This document shows positions 54,074 to 64,000 of a stretch of DNA of 64,000 bases, in pieces. How positions within the stretch are numbered: the stretch's first letter is position 1; each line of letters starts with the position of its first letter. The notes under the pieces were generated by a model. The model was not told the origin of the DNA. It saw only the letters and a program-made list of their open reading frames with translations, and ran no database searches. A program made the position numbers and the translations under genes. Source of the stretch: the human T2T-CHM13v2.0 reference genome, Homo sapiens; assembly GCF_009914755.1 (NCBI RefSeq), contig NC_060925.1; one strand, 5' to 3'.

Positions 54074-57000
54074 TGGGAGGAATGGGGACAAGATGGCCAA
54101 CTAGATGCAGCCAGGAAGCCCCTCTCCCACCAAGAGAGACCAAAATATTGAGTAAACCAACATACTTTGAACAGATCTTTGGAGAGAAAGCAATGAGAGT
54201 CAATAGAGAGGCAATGCAAACACCAGGGCTGATGAGGAAGGAAGCTGGGAACTCTGCATGGGGTTGCTGAATGCCAGGACTAGTTCCTGGCCTTGAACAG
54301 CTCCTAAGGAAGAAGTGAGTGAAGTGACTGTGGGACAACCTACTCTCACCATGGACCTCTGGGATCCTAGCTACAGGAGATCCCATGACCCCCACAGGCT
54401 TCTGAACTGACAGGGGCATCTGTCCAGAGAGTAGAAAGAGACAGAGCTCCAGCCTGCATGGAACCCAGGGGTTTTACACATAGGGCAGCTACAGCAAAAT
54501 GCTCTAATAAGCACCCATCATTCAAGGCTCTCCATCTTCCTCCAAGTAGCTGTAACCCCTGCTGACTGCTAGGCCAGGAGAGAGTAGGGCTATATTTTCT
54601 GCAGGACTGGGGCACATCTGTACTGCATGCTCCCCTGTCCACCAGCCGCTATCAAGGCCCCTGCCTGGCTGCTCCCACAAGAGCATGCACACCGCACAGG
54701 TTCCATTACCCAGCCTCAGTGCCTTGCCATGGCCCCACATGAGTGCTTTCCTGGAGGCCTAGGAGCACTATGGCTACCCTAGCACAGCTGGTGCCAAGCA
54801 GCTAAAGGACAAAGCCTCAGGCTTGTGGCAACCCCCCAGGTTAGAGCAGATGGCTCAGGAGTGACAAGCTGAGATCTATGGCTGGTCCTCAAGCAGGGAA
54901 AGAGCACCCACTCTGAACACTGAGAAGAGTGAGATGTGCGGTTTGTGGGCCAGTGTGAGAGCTGGGCATGCCTCCCTCTGCGGGGCTGGTCTGGGAACAG
55001 TGTGGTCTATCTGCTAGCTGCAGCCTCTGCCCAATGTAGCCTCATGGCCTAGAACACTTAACAGCCCAATGATCTGGGCAAAGAAAGTTTGGGAAAAAAC
55101 TAGCAGGTAGGGACAGATTCTACAGTAGCCACCAGAAGGAGATCAGTCAATGGAGAGCAAGCTGGAGGTCCCCACAGCTGTCTGCAGGGCAAAAAACCCC
55201 GGCCCATAGGCACCATACCATCTGCACAGCCACAGCATCACTGCTCTGCCCAAAGATCCCCCACCCTTGACCTCTTACATCAACAGACCACCTATGGACA
55301 TACTCCACAACCCATTCTGACTGTGCCAAGCACAGAGGACCAGCAGACCTCCGGAATTCTGCAGGTTTCTGGCAATCTAACCTTCAGCTCAGGCTGCCCC
55401 TAAGGGAAGGGGAAGCACAGCCCATTAGGACATTCCTTAGGGCTAGGGAAACACAGGCATGGTGCCTAAATATATATACACCTAACACTGGAGCATCCAG
55501 ATTCATAAAACAAGTTTTTAGAGACCCACGAAAAGACAGGCACAAAATAATAGTGAAAGATGTCAACACTCCACTGACAGCATTAGACAGATCATCGAGG
55601 CAGAAACCTAACAAAGAAATTATGGACTTAAACTTAACACTTGACAAATTGGACCTAATAGACATTGACAGAATACTCAACCCAACAATCACAGAATATA
55701 CAATCTTCTCATCTACACACAAAACATAATCTAAGATTGACCATATGTTTAGCCATAAAGCAAGTCTCAATAAATTCAAACAACTTACTCCTGAATGATT
55801 TTAAGGTAAACAACAAAATGAAGGTGGAAATCAAAAAATCTTTGAAATTAATGAAACAGAATTACAACATACCAAAATACTTGGGATATAATGAGAGTAG
55901 TTTTAAGAGGAAAGTTTATAGCACTAAATGCCTACATCAAAAAGTTTAAAAGTTCTCAAATTAACAATCTAACACTGCACCTACAGGAACTGGAAAAACA
56001 AGAACAAAACAAGCTCAAAACTAGCAGAAGAAAAGAAATAAAATCAGCGAAGAACTAAATGAAACTGAGATGCAAATACACATCTAAAAAGTCAACAAAA
56101 ACAAAAGTTGGTTCTTTGAAAGAATAAATAAGATTGTTAGACCACTGTCTAGATGAACAAAAACAGAAAAGATACAGATAAGCATGATCAAAAATGGCAG
56201 ATGACATTACCACTGATCCTACCAAAACATAAAAGAACCTCAGACTATTATGAATACCTCTATGCATACAAATTAGAAAAGCTAGAGGAAATATATAAAC
56301 TCCTAGAATAACACAACCTCCAAGATTGAACCAGAAAGAAATTGAAAACCTGAACAGATCAGTAACACATTCTGAAATTGAATCAGTAATAAGAAACCTA
56401 CCAACAAAAAAAAACAGGTGGATTCACAGCCAAATTCTTCCTGATGTACAAAGAAAAACTGGTACCAGTCCTGCTGAAGCTATTCCCAAAAAATCAAAGA
56501 GGAAGGACTCCTCCCTAACTGACTCTACAAAGCCAGCATCATCCTAATACCAAAACCTGGCAGAGAAACAATGGGCAAAAAAAAACAAAACGAAACAAAA
56601 CTTCAAGCTGATATCCCTGATGAATATAGATGCAGAAATCCTTAACAAAATACTAGCAAACCAACTCTAGAAGCACATCAAAAAGTTAGTTTACCATGAT
56701 GAAGGAGGCCTTATTCCTGGGATGCAATGTTGGTTCAACATATGCAAATCAATAAATGTGATTCACCACATAAATAGAACTAAAATCAAAAACCATACGA
56801 TCATCTCAATAGACACAGAAAAAAACTTTGAATAAAATCTAACATCCTTTTATGATAAAAACTCTCAATAGACTAGGCATTGAAGGAACATTTCCTGATT
56901 GGAAAAATCAGTATCATTAAAATGGCCATACTGTCCAAAGCAATTTACAGATTCAACACTACTCCTATCAAACTAGCAATGTCATTTTTCACAGAATTAG

Positions 57001-58600
57001 ATAAAAACTACCCTGAAATTCATATGGAACCAAAAAAGAGCCCAAATAGCCAAAGCAATCTTAAGCAAAAGGAACAAAGCCAAAGGCATCACATTACCCA
57101 ACTTGAAACTACACTACAAGGCTACAGTAACCAAAACAGCATGGTACTGATACAAAAAGTGACACATAGACCAATGAAACAGAATACAGAACCAATAAAT
57201 AAAGCTGCACACCTACAACTATCTGATCTTTGACAAAGTCAGTGAAAATCAGAAAAGGGGGAAAGAATCCCTTTTCAATAAATGGTACTGGCATTACTGG
57301 CTAGCCATACACAGGAGAATGGAACTGGACTCCTACCTATCACCATATACAAAAATCAACTCGAGATGGATTGAAGACTTAAATGTAAGACCTCAAACTG
57401 TAAAAATCCTAGAAGAAAACCTAGGAAATACTCTTCTCAACATGGGACCTGGCAAATAATTCATGGTCAAGTTCTCAAAAGCAATTGTGACAAAAACAGA
57501 AATTGACAAATAGGACCTAATTAACCTAAAGAGCTTCTGCACAGTAGGAGAAACTATCAACAGAGTAAACAAACTACAGAATGGAAGAATATATTCGCAA
57601 ACTATGCATCCGACAAAGTTCTAATAACCAGAATCTATCAGGAACTTAAATGAATCAAGAAGAATATATTCGCAAACTATGCATCCGACAAAGCTCTAAT
57701 AGCCAGAAGCTATCAGGAACTTAAATAAATCAAGCACAAAACAGGAACTCCATTGAAAAGTGAGCAAAGGACATGAACAGACCCTTCTCAAAAGAGAACA
57801 CACAAGTCTCCAACAAACATAAATGTTCAACATCACTAATCAGAGAAATGCACATCAAAACCAGAATGAGATACAAACTCACATCTGGTCAGGGTGGCTT
57901 TTATTAAAAAGACAAAAAATAACAAATGTTGGCAAGGCTGTGGAGAAAAGAGAACACTTTTACACTGTTGATGGAAATGCAAACTAGCCCAGCCACTGTG
58001 GAGAGCAGTTTGGAGATTTCTCAAAGAACTAAAGAGTCAAGTTGAACTACCATTCAATCCAGCAATCCAATTACTGGGTATACAACCAAAGGAAAATAAA
58101 TCATTCTACCTAGAGACACATGCATCCGTACATTCATTGCAGCACTATTCACAATAGCAAAGACATGAAATCAACCCAAGTGCCCAACAACGGTAGACCA
58201 GATAAGAAATTGTACACCATGGGATACTGTGCAGCCCTAAAATAAAAAGAATAAAATCATGTCCTTTGCAGCAGCATAGATGGTGCTGGAGCGTATTAGC
58301 CTAGGTGAACTAACACAGAAACAGAAAATCAAATAATGCATGTTCTCACTTACAAGTAGGAGCTAAACATGAGGTATATGTGGACATAAAGATGGGAACA
58401 ATAGGCACTGAGGACTACTAGAGCAAGGAGAGGAGAGAGGCAAGGGCTGAAAAACTACCTATTGAGTACTATGCTCACTACCTGGGTGACAGATTCCTTT
58501 GTACTCTAAATCTTGGTATCACACAATATACCTCTGTAACAAACCTGCACATGTACCCCCAAATCTAAAATAAAAGTTTGAAAGAAAAGGAAAAATTAAA
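54074..58600 (+). mobile_element. L1PA15/16-like LINE with 5' UTR and 3' end but large internal deletions
   Basis: CAAGATGGCC YY1 site at about 54088; about 1.4 kb 5' UTR; ORF2 pieces; 3' end acctgcacatgtacccccaaatctaaaataaaag. Confidence 0.92.
57584..57733 (+). repeat. 75-bp tandem duplication within L1 ORF2
   Basis: gaagaatatattcgcaaactatgcatccgacaaag...aatcaa twice; 4 mismatches. Confidence 0.95.
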
Positions 58601-58782
58601 AGAATACTGTAGTAGTCAAATGCATAAGTTAGCATTTCTTGCCAATTTGCTCAGCTTTATAGGGCAGAGGCTGATTTAATTCATCATGTAAACTGACTTT
58701 GTCTTCTTCAAGCTTATGACCAAATACAAAACTGATAACCTATTTTATTATAAAAATAATTACTGAATAAAACATACCTTAA

Positions 58783-59612
58783 CAGAATAGAAATCATATA
58801 AAGTATGTTCTCAGACAATATGGAACTAAACTAGAAATCAACAACAGAAAGATAGCTAGAAAATGTCTAGATATCTGTTAATTAAAGAACACACTCAAGT
58901 AACTTATGAGTCGAAAAATTCACAAATGAACTTTGAAATATTTTAACTACATGAAAATCAAGCTACAAGTTGTCTAAATGCATGAGATGCAGCAAAAATT
59001 GGTCCTTAGAGAAAAATTTATAGCATTAAATGCATATATTAAACCAGAAAAAATATCTAAAATTAATAATCTAAAGCTTCCACCCTAGGAAACTAGAGAA
59101 AGAACAACTTAAGCTTAGAGCAGACAGAATAAAAGAAATACTAAAAATTAGAGCAGGAATCAACAAAATTGGAAACAGGTAAACAATAGGAGGAACCAAT
59201 AAAACCAAAAGATGGTTCTTTGAAAAGATCAATAAAACTGATAAACTTCCAGCTAAGCAAACCAAGAAAAAAGAAAGATGACACAAATTGCTAATATCAG
59301 AAATAAAGGAGAGATCATTACTACTAATTCCATGGACACTGAAACGATAACAAGGGAATACAATGAACAACACTATGCCCACAAATTTGATAACTTAGGT
59401 GAAACAGGCCAATTCCTTGAAAGACACAAACTCACACAGGAGAAATAGATAATACCAACAGACCTGTATCAGCTAAAGAAGTCGAATTAATAATTAATAA
59501 CCTTCCAAAAGAAAACATCAAGCCCAGATGGTTTCACTAGTGAATTCTACCAAACGTTCAAGGAAAATATAATCCACAATTTCTTCCAGAAAATAGAAAG
59601 AATACTTCCTAA
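58783..59612 (+). mobile_element. Old L1M ORF2 fragment, 3' part
   Basis: cagaatagaaatcatataaagtatgttctcagac...gcccagatggtttcactagtgaattctaccaaacgttcaagg. Confidence 0.88.
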
Positions 59613-59721
59613 AGTTCTCTATAGAAACTTGTAAATGTTTTGCTGTTAGCCTGTAAATGTTGTAATGTTGTAAATGTAATGTTGTAAATGTTGTAAATGT
59701 TACACTGTTAGCAGTGTAAAT
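59610..59721. repeat. Degenerate (TGTAAATGT)n short tandem repeat
   Basis: tgtaaatgttgtaatgttgtaaatgtaatgttgtaaatgttgtaaatgtt. Confidence 0.8.
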
Positions 59722-60329
59722 CACTGCTTTAAATTCAATACATAAAAAGTTGGTGCTTCAATATGCTAGAAAGCATTTAGGTCACTTTTTACTTGCTACA
59801 AAACAACATGTATATTTTAAAGTTGTGCAAAGACCTTTCTTGATTGGCACCACTTAAAGACAAGGTAGTAAAGGAATAGGTTATCAAAGGATGTTCATTA
59901 ATAAAGTGCCTTATTCTAGACAGTCCCTGCACTTTAACAGATATAAACATTTCCCTCTCAGCCACAAATGCTCCATTCCAGAGCATTTAACCATTGGCAC
60001 ACATGCCAAGGGTCTTGCTTTGATGACATTTCATTGTCTATTCATATTTCACAGCCTTTCTATGATCAATCCATCAGGAAGTGCTCAAAGTTAACGTTCT
60101 TAACGTGCCCTAAAGAAACGTAAAGGAAGCAACAAAAGTTAAGTCAGGGGTTCTGGTCAAGGCAGGAAAGGAAAAAAAGTGACTAGGAACAAAAAGTAGT
60201 TGATACAAAGGAAAAGAAGAGGAGAAAGCACTGAAAGCATTTTAAAAATAAAAGGCAAACTGTCTAGTTGGCAACAGACCAAGATATAAGTACAGCATAT
60301 TTCAGAGACTCCTAAAAGCAAGTGTGAAG

Positions 60330-60975
60330 AACTATAAACCACTGGAAGGAAGTGAAAACTCTGAGCAAGGGATCAACATGTTCAGAGATGCTTTTAAAAA
60401 AAAAAAAATTCATCTGGCAATCAAATAGCTTATACGGGAAGGCTGGAGGCAGTGAGACCACAATGAGACTACTGCCATGGTCTTAGCTAGAAGAACTGAG
60501 GTTTAAGCTGACTGACAGCAGTGTGGTAGGGCAGAGTTGGCCAGTACCAAAGGGAGACCACTCAGGGGAATGATGATGGGAGTTCCATTATATACACCAA
60601 TAGTGAATGCCATATGGTCTTAAATTCATTCATTCATACACTCAGAAAATACTAAGCATCTTCTATGTGCAGTACTGTTCTAGGATATGGTAACATAGCA
60701 GTGAATACAGCACAAAGTTCTTGTCCTCAACAAAGTTCATATTCTGGTGTATTTAGGGGAAAGGGGGGGGTAGAAAAAGAAACAATTTTAAAAGTATAAA
60801 TGGTATATCAGCTGTAATAAGAAATATGGGGAAAAAAACTAAAGCAATATAAAGGGCACAGAAATTGTCAGAAGGCTGAGGAGAAACAGTAGCGGTTGCT
60901 ATTTTGTTTCAAATGTTCAGAAAAGGCATCTATAACAAGGATATTTAAACAGAGATCTAAAGGAGGTGAGAAAAC
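60330..60975 (+). mobile_element. L2 LINE remnants
   Basis: attcattcattcatacactcagaaaatactaagcatcttctatgtgcagtactgttctagg L2 3' end. Confidence 0.7.
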
Positions 60976-61197
60976 AATCTTTCTCCACTCCATCACTGCT
61001 TGTGGGTGCCATAGATCAAGCTATAAACATGCCCCAATTTAAAATAGGTATCATTAACATACAAAAACACAAAGTAAAAGCATTAGATAGGGCACACTTT
61101 AACTGCGATGGGAAGTAGAAATAAAACACATTTTAGGATTCAAGTATTATTTTTCATTTATTATGCTAAAATGACTAAATGACTGTTCCTCTCTCTA

Positions 61198-61482
61198 GGT
61201 CTGAGCTGTCCATCACTTTAGACACTTGAAATGAGGCTAGTCTAAATTGCTATGTGCTGTAAGTGTAAATACAAACTGGGTTTGGAAGAATAAGGAAAAA
61301 AAACAGAAAATATCTCATTATACTTTGTGTATTGATTACATGTTTAAATGATAATTGGGGTGCGTTGGGTTAAATAAAATGTATTATTAAAATTAATTTT
61401 TCACTTTTTAAATGTAGCAACTAGAAAATTTAAAATTACATGGCTTGCATTTATGGCTCTCATATTTCTATTAGACAGCATT
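61198..61482. mobile_element. MER33 (hAT-Charlie), opposite orientation to the copy at 9136
   Basis: cacttgaaatgaggctagtc...tattgattacatgtttaaatgataat...aaatttaaaattaca...tatttctattagacagca. Confidence 0.8.
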
Positions 61483-61624
61483 ATTCTAGTTTCACTACCT
61501 AGTAATAAATTTTTCTATACTACCATTGCTCATGCCCCAAATTACTCAAAAACAAAAATCAATTTAATAAGAATATTAAAGAGAATACTGAAAAACAATT
61601 TCTAGCAAATGTTTACCTTCATAC

Positions 61625-62625
61625 TTATATTGTCTACCTAGTACCTCCCTCTTCTGAGTGTGGAACCCCTCTTCTTTAAGACATTGCTTTAAACATTTAG
61701 TTCCCAAATTCTAAAATGAGTCCACTACCTTGGACATAGCTGAATGGCAAGGGAAGGGAGTTGCGAGATGAATAGCTAAAAATAAAAAGCACTCTGCACT
61801 GTTGGCCACAGTTGAGTGGCCCAGGAGTGAACAGCTGACTCAAGGTGAGGCAACTGCAGTCCTTCCCACTGATTTTTAGTACCTCTGAATCATTTTGTTT
61901 CAGGTGTGTCTCTTATAAACAGTGTATAGTTGGGCCTTTGTGAGCCAAACTGGAAATTGTTTCGGTACTTCCACCCATCTGGTGAACTTCTGTGGCAGTA
62001 GTTTCACTTTAATCTTTGGCATCTCTTTTCTCTCCCATGCAGCTTTTTAAACTGTTCTTGTTCACAGCAAAGGTTTGAGGCAAGGTATGAGAGATAGCTC
62101 AATGAGATTTCATTCTTCTTTTTTTTAAAACTTAGTTAATTTGAAGTTTGGGTGTCCTTGGTTTTCTGGTTATGCAGGGGGTGTCATTTTTACGCATTTT
62201 AATTTTTCTTCTTGTTCTCTATCATATGTAGGATATTTTGGGAGGGGGCACAGACTTAGGCAGATATCGTTATCTGTCTAGAAATTTCTCCCGATTTTTA
62301 TAACCATAGCTAAGAAACAGTCTCTCCAATGAGAGAAATATTAACATAATATGGAAATTAATGATGGTTAATTTCATTAATATGGAAATATTAACATCAA
62401 GTGTTCATATTCCTATCATGAGGAACTTTATCTATGATGAGAGCAGAAGCAGACCTACTGAGAAAAAAGTAGAGAAAAAAGACAGACAGAGAGAATGCTA
62501 TTTGAATTCCTGGTTCCACTTGTTCCTGAAGTCCACCTTTACTCCGCCCTTCCCAATAGTTTGGCTGTTCCAATTTATCGTGAAACCTATGAGTCAAATT
62601 CTCCACATTATGCTCAACCTAAGGC
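61625..62625 (+). mobile_element. Old MaLR LTR (MLT1J/K-like) interrupted by an antisense L1 fragment (about 61880-62285)
   Basis: ggccacagttgagtggcccaggagtgaacagctgactcaag...; L1-like caggtgtgtctcttataaacagtgtatagttgggc. Confidence 0.5.
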
Positions 62626-62649
62626 ATAATGCTCCTGGGTGGGCATTAT

Positions 62650-62890
62650 AACTGACAGCTCTGGAATCAGGCTACTTGGATTTAAATCCTGACTCTTAAA
62701 CACACATCCTGAGTAAGTTTCCTATAAACCTTTGGTACTTCAGTTTTTGTATATATAAAATAAGGATGATAAGAGTACCTACTAATAAAATTGTCATTAG
62801 AATTTGACTAGATATGTGAAGCCCTTAGCACAACACAAATATATATATATATATATATATATAGTTAATAAACATTAGTTATTATCAGTT
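62650..62890 (+). mobile_element. MIR SINE with (TA)n
   Basis: gctctggaatcaggctacttggatttaaatcctgactct...cttcagttttt...taaaataaggatgataag. Confidence 0.75.
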
Positions 62891-62986
62891 CTAGTGGTAG
62901 CTCAAATTGGATTTCTATCACAACTCTAAATGTTCACTAATCATCTATAGACTTTTGTCTTAGAATTACACTGTTGAGATTAAAAA

Positions 62987-63039
62987 TGTATGTGTGCGTG
63001 TGTGTGTGTGTATATATATATATTTATATATATATATAT
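62987..63039. repeat. Compound (TG)n(TA)n microsatellite
   Basis: tgtgtgcgtgtgtgtgtgtgtatatatatatatttatatatatatatat. Confidence 0.9.
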
Positions 63040-63490
63040 GAGGAAGGTGGTTCAATTCACTAGCCATCTGCTGAAGTATGAGCAGGCGTATTTAAACCTC
63101 CACATTACCGAGGAATATTCAGAAGGGGCTGGAACATAGAAAGCCAAACTTCATCCCACACTGTCTGCACCAAGTTTTTTCACCCTCTCCCCCCATGGGG
63201 TTATTCCAGACTGATAAAATCAGACACGGAAAAATGCATTTTTGGGGGAGTCTTTTGCCTGTTCAGTTGTGACAGATAATCCTAGGATAAAACGTACCCC
63301 TACAGAGCGGGGAGCTTTCCACTGTGGGGGTTCAAAGAAGATGATTCTTCCTGGAAAAGGGAGAAGAGAATGAACTTCATGACAAAGAAACAAAACTGGA
63401 AACTGAGAAGTATTCATGATGAAACTATCTTATATAAGACATAACTTTAACTAACCTATAAGAGACTTTAACTTTTAAAGTTTTCTTCCT

Positions 63491-64000
63491 GGATTCTGGG
63501 CAAGATGGCTGAATAGGAACAGTTCCAGTCTGCAGCAACCAGTGAAACCAATGCAGAAGGCGGGTGATTTCTGCATTTCTAACTGAGGTACCCAGCTCAT
63601 TTCATTGGGGCTGCTTAGACAGTGGGTACAGCCCACCGAGGGCAAGCAGAAGCAGGGTGGGGCATTCCTCACCCAGGAAGTGCAAGAGGTCAGGGAACTC
63701 CCTCCCCTAGCCAAGGGAAGCCTTGAGGGACTGTGCCACGAGGGACGGTGCTATCCGGCCCAGATACTATGTTTTTCCCACTATCTTCGCAACCCAAAGA
63801 ACAGGAGATTCCATCTGGTGCCTACACCACCAGGGCCCTGGGTTTCAAGCACAAAACTGGGTGGCCATTTGGGCAGACACTGAGTTAGCTGCAGAAGTTT
63901 TTTTTCCGTACCCCAGTGGTTCCTGGAACACCAGCGAGACGGAAACATTCACTCTCCTGGAAAGGGGGCTGAAGCCAGGAAGCCGAGTGGTCTTGCTCAT
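63491..64000 (+). mobile_element. 5' UTR of an L1PA (L1PA7/8-like) element running off the window
   Basis: CAAGATGGCTGAATAGGAACAG...GCAGAAGGCGGGTGATTTCTGCATTTC canonical L1PA 5' end. Confidence 0.95.

Overview
Primate (human-like) nuclear DNA, AT-rich and CpG-depleted, roughly half interspersed repeats: Alu, L1, L2, MIR, ERV1/ERVL/MaLR solo LTRs, and hAT and Tigger DNA transposons. There are no prokaryotic genes, CRISPR arrays, rRNA or tRNA genes. Almost every ORF in the supplied track is a repeat-derived or random frame. The window looks like a long intron of a minus-strand gene, with one convincing 41-nt exon at 1130-1170; I cannot name the gene. The best-supported unusual observations are: (1) an old L1PA15/16-type element whose perfect 14-bp target-site duplication (TSD) encloses about 170 bp of non-L1 sequence after the poly(A), i.e. 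an ancient 3' transduction; (2) a 36-bp-stem pre-miRNA-sized hairpin made by inverted duplication inside an MLT1 LTR; (3) a 111-bp duplication with a hairpin at its junction, plus several smaller template-switch scars; (4) a chain of plus-strand splice sites at 13.5-16.2 kb suggesting an antisense spliced transcript with a possible 35-aa sORF; (5) several nested insertions with intact TSDs. I see no evidence for a new multi-gene system. Repeat subfamily names are from recall of consensus sequences, and the boundaries of old repeats are approximate.
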